Positions 1-12,623 of a stretch of 64,000 nucleotides of DNA are shown here, piece by piece. Each line of letters begins with the position of its first letter. The stretch's first letter is position 1. The translations under genes were made by a program, and so were the position numbers. This DNA is from Acanthaster planci (taxonomy: Eukaryota). The notes beneath the pieces were generated by a model that made no database searches, had not been told where the DNA came from, and was given only the letters and a program-made list of their open reading frames with translations. Location of the stretch: positions 310,001 through 374,000 of the forward strand of contig NW_019091361.1 in the NCBI RefSeq assembly GCF_001949145.1. Reading direction: 5' to 3'.

Positions 1-2780
1 GCTTACTTCTTCTGGTGAGCACTGTTTTTATTTCCAATGGAGTTCTCCAACTCAACATCATTTTCATAAAATTTCTATTTGATCTACAAGTGATTTGCCT
101 TTGGTGTTTTGTTTTAGCAAAGTGATAATAACTGCAACACATGTAGGCTGAAAATCTTGGACAGGTCCCTGTACTCTACATCCAAGTATTACATGTACAT
201 GATGTACATGTACTGTATGTAGGTAATGACAACATGTGTAGGCCTACTGCAATTTATGTCCTTGACACTGGTAGAGATGTCATAGACCATGCATAGACAC
301 AGTTGTAACACCTCCATGGTTAAACAGACCCCCATTGATCTTATTGCAGGAGTACACTGGTCACTGGAGTGACTTACATTGCTGGTATGAACAGTCATGC
401 CAACCTTGTGACACATGGTACTTGTGTACATTGGTAAATGAAGATGCCACAAAATGTATACAAGGCTATAAGGGTGCACTGCCCAATTCAAGGGAAATTC
501 TTCAGCAGGCCGAGGCGCTCAAAAGTACAGATTATTTGAAAAAGAGGAGATTGTGTGGCCCAAGAATTCGTGGGATTGTGAAAGAATGGCCCAGAATGAA
601 CTCCCTAGATTCAAAGGCTCCCATCCCAGGGCGAAGCATAGAAACATGCCACTGAAAAGTTGTCCCAAGAGCCTGAAAAGGTGGAGGGATGTCATTTGAA
701 AAATGGCCGCTGACAGACTTGGGAACGTTCACTTTTTGGAAGGTGAATTTGTTTTGGGTGGATAATTAGAAATTTCATTGGTTAACCTACATGTACTAAA
801 AATTGAAAATCAATTGAAAGATGAATGACCCCAGAACACTTTGTTTTTTGTTTGAGAGGCCTGAGGGACTTCGGTTGCCCGCACTGGGGGCTGCAAACAG
901 TGGTCAATTTTACATTGACTCAATGGGGCTTCAATTAGTTCAGTGCACCCATAAGGCCTACCAGTGCACTGAATGTACATGTACACTACAGCTAAAGCAT
1001 GGATTTCAAGGTGGATCACGGTCCCCCACTCACCAGTGGTCACCCAACGTGGTGTGTACATTTAAATACCAGTAAAGGCAGTACAGGCCTACATGAAAAC
1101 AACGTAACGATGGGAATCAACAAATTATTGTTCATTGCGATTTGTCAATCACCAATCTTGTCACTTTATTTTCACGAGCACACAAATTGTACTGTGCATG
1201 GAGAGGCAGTTACATGTATTGTCATCTTTTTTGGTCTTTGCCTATTGACATGCTCAAGAAAGGGGAAGGAAGTCCAAAAATATAATACACTTTGTTTGCA
1301 CATAAAAATGAGAAAAATACCAGGAGACAGGAACTCCTGGAACTCAAATTTTTCTTAAAAATGACTGCCCAATTTTTTTTCATCCAATATTAAAGAATCC
1401 TTATTACCCCCTCAAAAAAAGAATGGTGTTGGCATTGTTTCTAAATTTCTGGTGCTTTCTATTTGTACAAAACGAAAGAAACGACTGCACATCACTGTAC
1501 ACATGTACATGTGTACACTGTACATGCCTCTCCCCCACCACCACTGAATGACAGTTTCCATCTGAAATCAAACATGAGCTCAGTATTTTATGATTATGAA
1601 TACTTGAAGCAATGCACACTAAAATTTTGCTGGTAGTTGATCAATCAATATGCAGGCCACGTATGCAGGCTTGTACTGGTAATGTGCAGAATAATGATTT
1701 GGAAAGTGGTACAAAACGATAAATTTACATGTACCCATGAATCTTCAAGCAATCTGCCCTGAGTTGAAGTGCACCCTCAATGGCGAAAGAAAGACAGGCT
1801 GGTGAAAAGTTTTCCAACTAGGTTCTCGAACACGTTTGGCGCACATGCGAAGACCAGCATAAATTTGTTGCACAATATACTCAGCGTGCCCCATGCCAAA
1901 TGCGCATTTAAACTTGCACGCCTACACGGTGAGTTCCTCCCAAAGGACCATAATTTTCATCTAAAAACACACCCTCTTCTGTTCCTACTTGGGGCAGATA
2001 CTGAAAACAAGAGGTTGGTACCAGACTACCAGTACATCAGTTCCCCCAAAAAATCTGGTCAAAATCTTGTTTCCAAGATGTACATGTACATACATGTATA
2101 CATGTACCTGTTTGACGGTTGAATTTTGTTTTCATGTTTGAAGACAAGTTTGTTATCCTGCAAATGATAAGGAAGAAAGTACAATGTAGCGCATCACTGA
2201 CATGTATGGCATGCAGTTGTGCATCAAGACTTCCATATGTGACCCGCTCTGCAAAAAAGGGTAATGAAGTCACACAATTCCAAAATATGTTATGGCCTGT
2301 TCTATATGGAGACGGCAAATTGTCTTCAAATATGTGATTTTGTGTTTTTTCCTCTATTAGCTTGTATAACATTTATGTTTTCAGCATTTGTGACTACAAA
2401 CATGGATACTGATGAATAAAGATGAAAAATTGACCATTCAGTAGGAAATCCTACATAGCATTGTGTTTCCAAGTGCTCCACTTTCTGAACTTTCTCTCAA
2501 AAAGTGCTTTTATTGAATCCGAAAATGTGGATATACAAATATCTAAATATCTCTTGAACGCAGTACACCACAGGGGTCATTCATAAATCAAATTGTAGCT
2601 TTTGATGTACTCAATTCAGCCATATCAAAAACTGATAACCTGAATCTGGCGACTTATTACCCATTTTTCTAGAGCATTTTTCCAGAGTGCATAATTATAT
2701 GTACTGCTTCAAGAGGCAGCCACACACAAAATTTTTTTCCAAGTTCTGATTATGTTCAAGGGATAACATCCTTCAATGTA

Positions 2781-2982
2781 CAGTCAAACCTCGTTAATAA
2801 GAATACTATTAATACAAGACTTTGCTTATAACAAGGACATTTTTAGGTCCTAATCATTTGTTTTTTAAAGGTTTCATTCCTGATAATACAAAGTTCCTGT
2901 TATAGCAAGGTACATATGTACAAGTACCAGGTAATTTGCCAAGTCTAAACAACCTCTTACATGTTTTAACGAGGTTTGAATG
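2781..2982. mobile_element. MITE, Tc1/mariner-pogo-like (CA...TG termini, TA on the left flank)
   Basis: TIRs CAGTCAAACCTCGTTAA (2781-2797) and TTAACGAGGTTTGAATG (2966-2982) match 16/17; TA at 2779-2780. Confidence 0.7.
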
Positions 2983-5900
2983 TGCACATATGTATGTACG
3001 GTGTAGTCACATGTACAAGTAGGTGTACATGTAGATAAACTGTACATGTACTTATGCTTCATGTCCACAATCACATTTGCATAATGTTTATCCAAAACAC
3101 CAAACTTCTGTCCCTTAGTACCAAGTACATGTATGTTCTTTGTTGGGATCAAAGGGAAAATACAAAAAGTAACTTGGATGAGATGGACTACAGACATGCA
3201 ATGTTTATGTACTACAACCCAAAGCATGTGTCGATCTTGCATGGAAATGGCATAGTCCAATGCTATGTCTCCCCGCTGTGGTAGGCCTTGCCTTATTTGG
3301 CAGGGTCACTGCTGTGCAATCACATCTGATATTCATACACTCATCCAATGGCAGATATGCACACAGATGTGAGGGACACAGAATCGATGCATTACGCATG
3401 TGCATGTGCGCAACAAGCTGTTAGAAAAATATAATGTGCATTTAATTGGACCTGTGTAAACCAGAATATGAACATGTATCAACTACACACGTACATGTAC
3501 GTGTACAACCAAACTGCATCATGTACTGTACATTAGTATATGTCTCTAAACTTGTACGAATACAAATTATATACATATGAATTTTTTTAATTTAATCTTA
3601 TCTACTGATGTGTAGGCCTACTAGTACTTAATCTCACTGCCTAACGGCCCAGTGAAATTTAAAAGTGGATTCATTGTATGTTAAATCTAAATCGAATTAC
3701 AAGTTTGGAAAGTTTGTCTTTAAGAAAAACATTCACGGCAAGAATGAACAATTTCACATTTAAGGCAACACTATTTCAAACGTAGATCTGCGACTAAAAT
3801 AAATGGACTAAAATAAATTTAACATTGGTCAGTTTATAATCTTATTTTTCTTTCAAACTAACTGTGTCAGAAAAATAATTTTGAAATTTACAGGTCCCGT
3901 TTACAGCGTAACCACAGAACATCCTTTTCACTGAAGTTTCTCTGCATCCTGTGGCAAGTTTCTTTGTTAATTAACCAACCCACTGACACAGAACAATGAT
4001 TGACCTCTACACAAAAGTGAATTATTTTTTTATTTCATCTTCTATAAAAACACATGTAAAGTGTGGCCTAAAAGTAAAATTACTTGTTCACCCTGTTTTT
4101 AAGACACATGCAAATATATATGCATGCACATGTGTGTACATGTACATGTACACACATGCAATGTACATGTCCAGTTGTGGAGACAAGCAAACAATATTTC
4201 ACCTACATTTTTGTGGGACCACAACTCAGTCCTATTTTGACTCACAAAAGAAACTGTCCATTGACCTAGCGAAGGCCTACCCAGGCACACTGCACATGTA
4301 CGGTACAGAGTGAATACACATGTAAGTGTTAACTTTTAGTTTAATCTACCTTAAATACACAGGAAGACATGTTTAATTTAAAATTCATTTAATTTTTAAG
4401 AATGTCAATTACAGGCACATGTATTCTGTTGTGTATACATTAATGTGTCATTCGTATTACACACTATGTATGTACACGTAAGTTAAAAAATTATTGAATC
4501 AAAACCAGGAGGAACACAATGTATACTATACATTGTTCATCACTTGGGTACATGTACATCATGGAGGAAGTCTCCTCCTTCCTTCATGGGTACATGACCG
4601 TACACATGTACGTCTTTGATAACACATGATGGTTAAGTTTATTGTTGACGAATGTCTCACATCCGTACTTGCATACACATGTGTATAGGCTGTACATGTA
4701 TATTGGTGAATGCCACCAGGTTTTACACTACAAAACCACAGACTGTCCTTCCTACCGGTAGTTACAAATTGTCAAACAGTATACATGTACATGTAAGTAG
4801 TTTGTTGTCAACAGTACAACATGCAGCAGCTTGCATTCTTTTTCTGATGTCACCTTTTCTCATGTGCATGTGATACAGTTACGGTACAGAAAACGTACAC
4901 TCATCCGCACACGCAATTAAGTTCATTCAATAAGGGGACCCCCAATGTACATGTACATGTACGCGCAGTACAAGTACATACATACACGTAGCACTCAAAT
5001 CTGCAGCATAAGAGATTGCCAACTTCACTGTTTGTAATGTTGATTGTTCCATTTATGTACATGCGTGTAGGTCTGTCATTACTATTCAAGACAATGTGCT
5101 CGTCACAATGACTGCCTTCTGTCGGTATCACATGACAGCAGATGTTTACAATGACATCCACAGTGCCAAACTGGTTGTCATTATTATCACCTCTGCCAAG
5201 GTTACTGTTCTCATCATTTTTGTTTTCACAGTGCATTGACAAAGTTTAATCTATTGGTGTGTGTCAAGCCAGAGAAAATCAACTTCTGAAACAAGTACGG
5301 TACTGTCTGAAGCAAGTACTCACACAAACTTGCTTGCTCTAAGTGCTAAATTCACAAGTAACGACAGTACTTACAATTTCAAAGGCACAGATGTGCATAA
5401 CAGTTTCCATAAGAGGATCAGCAACACTCACAGCAGATGAGCAGCAGATCTACCAAGTACATGTACGTAGTTCGTGTTTCCGGTCTCCTGAGAAATCAGA
5501 CGACTTGACAACACAAAGGCCCAACACACCAACTGTCTACTCTCAACATCTTTAACTAAGGCTGTGATGACAAGCACACAAACTGAGAACTGTTTGCTTG
5601 AGGAAAGGATAAAGTTTGAAGTTCAAGGAGATAACATTTTGCCATCCTCATCTTTGCTACCAGGAAAAGTGAATGACCTGCTCACATTACACAGCGCAGT
5701 ACAGGTAAACAGATGACATGTGGAAGTACACTGCTGTGTGTTGTTTCTCATTTCAATGGCATTCAACATACTCATCATACAATGAATTATGGAACATTTA
5801 TCTGCTTATGATGAAGCATTGCTTACATTAATGTACATGTATGCATGTGGGTGATGAATGCACTACCGTATTCTCCACTTGTCATTAACACTCTTACACA

Positions 5901-6984
5901 TTTACCGAGAACCTCTCCAAAGAACTTTCACATAGGTCATTCACTCTCTTTACCATGTTTCCTGGAAGTCAATCTCCTGTTCAGCTTCTGTTTTCCATTA
6001 TCGTATGAAAGTGACCCATCAAAAATAAATGTAACCCTCGCATTACCAGTATCTTGATTTCCATTATTTTTCATGACTTTTTTCCCATCCTAGTACACCC
6101 ACTTTTTACCCAAATTTTCCATAAATTTTCCATGACATATAATTATAAATGCATTTGTTGCTACTTGGAAATTATTAATGTCCCATGTAAGGCAAATCCT
6201 GTCAGGAAAAGCCTAAACGAACTGTGGGACTGGTTGATGAATGATACATGCAAGTGATTACCCATACACTGCAGTGCGGTGGATTGAAACAGGATACACA
6301 TCATCAGGAATCTTGTGTGTTGAATCACTCATACTGATCACTTAACATGTATTTCTACTACATGTACATGTATGTGTTCATGTACACATGTACATTGTTC
6401 ATACATGTACCGGTAGCAGATGGGGGTACCAACAGGTGTATACTTATGTACTAAGCACATGTACATGTACTGTCAACTGATTGTCTAAAGTAAAAACAGG
6501 GACATACCTACATACATGTACCATGGTATGTTCAGTAAATATGATAATGTAAATTGGGTATGATTGCTCGATTAAGGCACTGCAAAATGCACACTGAACT
6601 TGGACTGGACCTGATATCATTTTTACATGTAATAAGAAATGCCCTCAACAGCAAAAGCAAAAATTGCCTGTGGAAAAATACATCGAACAGAAGGGCCAAA
6701 ATGTAGGACAACGTGAATTTTTGATTTCACAAACGGACACACATCTTAAGTTTACTGCACTTACGGATTTTGGCTTATCACTCGTATAACCACTGTGTTC
6801 ATTTAATTACTTGGTTCAGGTAAAAGTTGAACTCTCAAAGAATCATTGGAGGGTTTTTACTGAATAAACTTGTTCCATATTGGTATGTTGGGCAGTTTTG
6901 CAATAGGAGAAATGTCTCTGGTGATTTTCCCTCAACCAGTTTTCTTCAAAATCCACGTGTGGCTCTTTGTGAAAACGGTGATGA

Positions 6985-7008
6985 TATGTACATGTACATG
7001 TACATGTA
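6985..7008. repeat. (TACATG)n array, one of the longest of many dispersed copies
   Basis: TATG TACATG TACATG TACATG TA read directly; similar arrays occur throughout 1-18 kb and at ~60500. Confidence 0.9.
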
Positions 7009-10000
7009 CAGGTTCATGTATGTGCAACTTGCAAGCCTTCATTTTCCTTAAAATAATCCTCCAGAAGGATGAAACCACCAGTACCAAAGATCAATACATG
7101 TACATTGTACATGTAAAACGACTTGCACTATTTTCAAGTAAGATTTGATTGGAAAAAATGGAAAAAAGAATGAAATAAAAAAAGAAATGAATTCCGATGA
7201 TCAGAGGACTTGATCTCCGGATCCAGTCCACATGGTTATTTACATGATTGAGCAGCTTGCATATCAACTTGAGCAATGAATGGCCAAGGTGAAAACAAAA
7301 TTCAGTTTGTTACAAATTACATTACAATGCCACATTTAAAGAATTCGGGAGTCATGCCACTGCTACATGTAGCTATGACTACCATAAAGCCACTTTTGGT
7401 TTGTCATTGCTGGGAGCTCAGTGGAGGATAGTCCCCAATGCACATACATGTACATGTACATAGGGAGTGCATACAATCATGATCATATGTGTACAATGTA
7501 CAATGTTTGTTGCAATTAAACCACTCTTGTGACATCACCCTATTCAGTAAAGCGCTGATTATTCTTAAGAATGTACATGTACAGTTTGGACATTCCTCAA
7601 GAAATGAGACATCAAACTTGACACAGAAAAAGCACTTGTGACGTTAAATTTCAATGTCAAACACGGTAAGAAACGCTCTCAAAAATAAAGTAGATTGTTT
7701 TAGACGTTCAATACGGTTAACACTCAAATTTTTAGATACGACACGTTGACATGTTCTGTTGAGATTAGTGATTTTCAATTAAAGTGAACCCACTCCTTAC
7801 GTTGCACTACATGAATAGACATGTACATGTACAAGTAAATTTTTCATGTGTCTCGTTCATTATTACATACGTGCAACCCTTCTATTTCAGTTTCATTTTT
7901 TACATATCCCTTCCATTTTAGTTTTATTCCATCTTTTTTCCATATTCAGTTAGATTTATATTCTTATGGTAATGTATAATTTTTATTATTTTTATCATAC
8001 TTCCTTGTTGATTTTAAAATTCACATTTAGTCACTTTACTTTCGGTTAAACCTCAGTTTTAACTCTTTCTCTGAACATTATATAACAATTTTCAAAAGCA
8101 ACTTCAACTATCACAATTCATGTACAATTTTGCCAAACAGATTAATCGTTTAGAAACTTACGTATGATACTTCCCAGATGAATGAGATGATATTCCGAAT
8201 GCATGTATTTCCAAACGGAAGAATTTACTTTGGTGACTGGGGAATTCAAAGAGTAGGCATGTACTTCTGATGTTGTAAACGTAATCTTCATTTGAAGAGA
8301 CAGTAAACTGTAGTTCTCAAATCAGTCACTCAAGAAACATGCTTGATGGTGTAAAAGGTCCCAAGCTCTGCATCGTCATATCGATAGCCTTTGCTAACTT
8401 AAATTTAGCATAGGGCCTATTTCCACAACTAAAATATAGATATAAATCCACTGGACTGTAAGGCAGTGCGCGTGCCATGCGATACACTCATGGTGTCGAC
8501 TGCATGTCTGTGTGTAACTTCATGTAAAGAAAGTGTGCCTGTGAATGAAAAATAGTTGTGTACCCAGCCGAGGAGTTACTCAACAGCTTGGGACAGGAAT
8601 GAAGCTTGTATGCAAATGTACATCGCCAGCGAACACTGGACAAAGGATGGAATTCGTCTCACTGCTCTAAAAGCATCAGTAAAGCATTTTTGTTCTTTTG
8701 TACAATATGGACAATAAAAGTGGGGAGGGGCTTCGCGTCCAAGCCTATTCGAATCAAAGGATCTCCACTTTTTCGTCGTTTCTCCTTAACAGAAAATAAA
8801 ATGCTAAGCATAAAGCAATGCCAGAGAAAAAAAGACTGCCGAGGCAGCAGATGATACTGTGAGTGAAAGAGAAAAAAATTAACGTGTTTTACAATAAGCA
8901 TGGCAAAAACATGAAAAGAGTTCATATACTGACAACACTTGATGCCCCCTTGCACAAACCTACCGTACTGTATGTGACTTGTCAGGAAAAACCTACGTGT
9001 TTTCTACGTAAACGTTCCCGAATTTTCTCAGCTAAGTTTCACTTTTTAGGACATGTTATCACTTTCTGACGGCTGTCGTAATATTTTAAGGGAAAATCAA
9101 CTTTGTCCATAAATAAAACTCTTTCCCTTTCCATTATACGAGAATCACTTACAATTAGTTTCTCTTGCAATGGTTTGTGAGCCACCAGAAAGTGATTTAC
9201 AACATATCCTCAAAAGTCAAATTTAGCAGTGAAAATATCGAAGCATTTACACTGTACAGTACTTAGAAAACACTTAAAACTTCTCAGACAAGTCTCATAG
9301 AGTTTGTGTACATGGTGTCCAGTGATGTCTATGTATGGAACTCTTTCCGTACAAGGATTACCCTTACTTGTGAACAATGGTGAAGGAGTCTGTACATCTA
9401 CAAAGAACAAGCAACACTTGTAGAAGTGTCCACTATTTCTACATGTACATTGGTACATGTAAATGTAGGCCCACAGAGATACAATCTGTACAGATAATTT
9501 CTTATCCCCCTCCAGTTTCTGGCTCATGAAAACCATGGCCATACACTATGCCACGGCATAAGAAATGAGCCAATAACAATACAGACTGTTTGATATACTG
9601 CAGGTAATACAAATAGGCCAAGTTCGTGAAAACTGATCCGCACTGATCCAGCATAGGCCTACTATTACTAACAGTAACACTACAGAAAACATGCGCGGAC
9701 GTGCACTTAAAACTACATTGAGAAAGGAAAGCTCAGGACTGTAAAATAGGAGTAAGTTTACTGAGTACCGTCTTTGACTGGAATGACTGGTATCTGAAAA
9801 TGTCTCCAGTTCAGACAAAACCATGGACAAACTTAGGCCTATATCATATGTAACACAGTCAGTGTCGTAACTTCGTAGCTAGCTGTCGTCTCTCCTGGTT
9901 GCTTGACCATGTTAACTGCATGTGGGCAGTAGGCCTATCAGGTTAATTTTCATTTTGTGGACCCGTGGTTTGTCTGGTTTGTAGCCGACTTTGGTCACAG

Positions 10001-11394
10001 AAGCCCACCGTTCGTGACCGTTAAGCAGTAACAGAAACTCACCTGCCTAACGAAGGCCGCCTGGTAGAGAAGGAAGGACGGTGAAAAACTGCCAAAAATA
10101 TCCACAACAATAAACAAACCCATTCGCCATCTTGTCTGCAGAATTTATTTTGTCACTTTAAAGTCACTGTGCATTGAATGCAATGCACAACGTATACAGC
10201 CGGCGGCATTTTACGCAAACTGTAATCAGGAGCGTACCCCAAATCCCCATCAACCGGAGTGAATGTACAGCGCCACAGTGACTATTTGTCAAGCCGCCGT
10301 ATTTCTAACGTGAATCCTTGGAACGGGTTTGTGTGGGATATCACAGTTATAGGACGGGACTCCTTCTACGTTCCAATTTTAGTTTAGGTGCCATTTTTAT
10401 ATTCTGGAATATTTAATCTTATAAAGCGTTATTTTTATTTAAAAGTTGTCTACGAATATCTATAGGCCTGCAGAGATGCCAAGAAATAAGCTAAATCGTG
10501 TATGGGGAGACATGGCCCCTACCGCAACCATTTTAATATTTACCGTTCGTTTTAATATTTATGACCATAGAGCTGTATACATAACTCTATGGTCAGTTCC
10601 CAAAACCTTTAAAATTTACAATGAGGAGAACACTACTACTAGTCAGTGGAGTAACTTTTAAGGGGGCACTGATAAACTGCCTCTGCATACTGTTTGTAAG
10701 TGTGACGTCACACCACTCCTACTGCACATGCACTGCACATAGAATTACATGCATTGATTGCCGTTTATGGAGCCATGGAAGCGGAAGCTAACGCGCAACT
10801 AAAGCGATCGTTCATGCAATGGAGGCCTGCAAATTGTGGCGCGCCCGCCTTTGTGACGAACTCAATTACGAACTGGATAAAGAATCAACAGAGATTATTC
10901 ACAGATTTCAAGTGGGGAGGGACACCCGGGGGCCTGGGCATCTGCTTGGGGACGTCCCTCCCCCCCGCGTCCCCGCCCCTGTAGTTACACCACAGCAAAC
11001 AGTCTAAGTATTGCGAATAATATTGAACACTGATGTGCTTCTGTACGAAAGGTGATGTCTTCAGGTGGTCGATATACCTAAAGAAGTCCGGTGCAAACTC
11101 GGCTATTGTTCCTCAGTACTCTTTGTTTTGGAAAGCTCTATATATTAGACGGTCCCAAATACATTTTAGCGTTGCTGTTTTCTATAATTTTGAATCTGCC
11201 ACGTTAAACATTTTGATCATAGGTTTATCAGGAATAAGAACACAATGCTCTTATTTCTCCATTGGTTATGTTATACTATACCACTTTAATTTCAGGAAAG
11301 GGGCCGAAAAGGACCGTGTTAGTGTTCAGAGGCGTGGGCGTAAATTGTTCAAAGTTAAACGCGGGAATGGGTTAATCGTCCACTTTAGTCACGT

Positions 11395-11675
11395 GGTGAG
11401 GATTTTGAAGAATGTTTCGGACTTCCTAACAACCACTGAAGTCTGTTCAATACACTCAAAAAGGGGCAACTACAAACAAGCCATAATTTTATATTTCGGT
11501 CTGATGCAAGATTCTGTAGACATTACAGACATACATCAGTATCATGCATGAACGTCCCCACCTCCGCAGTGTCATATGGTGTCAGCACCCCCCCCATCAA
11601 ATTTCCATGACCTGGCAAGTCATCACCCCACAGTTCCACATCCCCAATTTCCAGCACAAATTTACTACACTACTG
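11395..11675 (+). repeat. Dispersed repeat copy A (diverged inverted partner at ~19148-19420)
   Basis: Blocks such as cggacttcctaacaacca, tctgatgcaagattctg, agtgtcatatggtgtca and cccaatttccagcac match the reverse complement of 19148-19420 in colinear order. Confidence 0.7.
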
Positions 11676-11738
11676 TTCGGAAGGAACGCCCTGCTGGGGT
11701 TGTTCATCAACTTTTTCTGTCACTAGATTTGAATTAGT

Positions 11739-11819
11739 GGAGGGAGTGGTTCAAATGGTAGAGCACTTACATGTACTTTGCATGAGCGACTGGGGCGGAA
11801 TTGATGCCCGGTTCATCCA
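11739..11819 (+). pseudogene. Degenerate tRNA-Ala-derived sequence (pseudogene or SINE head), TGC at 11779-11781
   Basis: gttcaaatggtagagc..ctttgcatg..ggaattgatgcccg..tcca resembles metazoan tRNA-Ala (GCTCAAATGGTAGAGCGCTCGCTT.GCATG..GGGATCGATGCCCG..TCCA). Stems are broken and a 6-nt insertion creates TACATGTA at 11768-11775. Confidence 0.7.
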
Positions 11820-12623
11820 GGAAATTTTCCAAAATAAATCATATTACTTTGAAGTAAAAGAGAGGACACCATTTATTAAGAAATCATAGCATTATTTACA
11901 GATCATAACAAGTTAGATATGTAAACTAAGCTCGATTGGCGATTATTTCAAGTAAAGTCTCCTTTTTTCTCCCAAAGATTCAGAAGATTAACGGCAAGCA
12001 TGTCAAAAAGGATTAACTAAGACGTAGAGCCTTCGCTACCAGAAGGAACCCTAAAAAAGAAAAGAATTTTTTCCCAGCTTTTAAAGCTGTTCAAGTTCAA
12101 GGCTTTCAACGCGAAATGAGTGTTCAGCGAGGTCAGTCCTGGTTACATGGGATATTATTTTACAGACCGTTACCGGTTTTTGTGGTGTTGTGTGCGTGGG
12201 GTAATAACTTTTTAGGTGTGATGTATGAAGACAAGCCATGTGAAAAAATCATTTATACGGCTGATCTGCAAATAGCCAATTTTTTTATATAAATAGACGG
12301 GTACCCTTGTTAGCATAGGGGGATACTCACATACAAATGTTCGAAGAAACCAGACATTACCGTTCAACATGCGTCTGGTAGTTGAAGTTTTCCCTTGTTG
12401 ATGCATCCAGCTTTGTAGAGGGGTCTGTCTAAACATGTGCAGTGCACAGCGCCGGGCCATGGTGAGAGATTACGTCGAACGTACACGTACATGTACATGT
12501 ACGTGTATGTACCGTCACTAAGCTCAGCCAGTACTGTACATGTACATGTACTTCTGTAGTGTTATTTGCTTCACTGTGATTGATCCAATTTCATAATTGA
12601 TGCGGTTGTCACTTATCAGAAGG

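Larger units (their letters stand above)
7..10134 (-). other. Candidate spliced transcript with no recognisable ORF (long 5' UTR of a gene left of the window, or lncRNA). Candidate exons ~10134/10077-10043, 9397-9368, 8236-8162, 672-378, 131-7
   Basis: Perfect CAG|GTGAGT donor at 10043/10042, with a YY1-type CAAGATGGCG (10134-10125) and pyrimidine run CCTTCCTTCTCT upstream. Further acceptor/donor pairs: ttctttgtag..CAA|gtaagg, ttccccag..TAC|gtaagt, ttttcag..AAT|gtaagt, gttgcag..GAA|gtaagc. The 672-378 segment has stops in all three frames. Exon connectivity is unproven. Confidence 0.4.

Noticed and set aside
6202..6307. Possible C/D snoRNA on the minus strand (TGATGA ... CTGA)
   Set aside because: C box lacks the leading purine, and there is no convincing terminal stem or recognisable rRNA guide.
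189..7276. Numerous short ORFs rich in MYMY/CTCT/HVHV
   Set aside because: Artefacts of translating (TACATG)n motifs.
10754..11551. ORFs 10754-10984, 10819-11007 and 11033-11551 downstream of a palindromic CRE (GTGTGACGTCACAC, 10700-10713)
   Set aside because: No recognisable protein motif or consistent splice model; the longest runs into a dispersed repeat.
11739..11819. Functional tRNA-Ala gene
   Set aside because: Acceptor and anticodon stems are disrupted, the B box is degenerate and there is a 6-nt insertion.
12013..12460. PRDX5 orthologue head-to-head with TRMT112, as in mammals
   Set aside because: No peroxiredoxin-5 coding sequence (e.g. VPGAFTPGCS) was found on the minus strand in the window.
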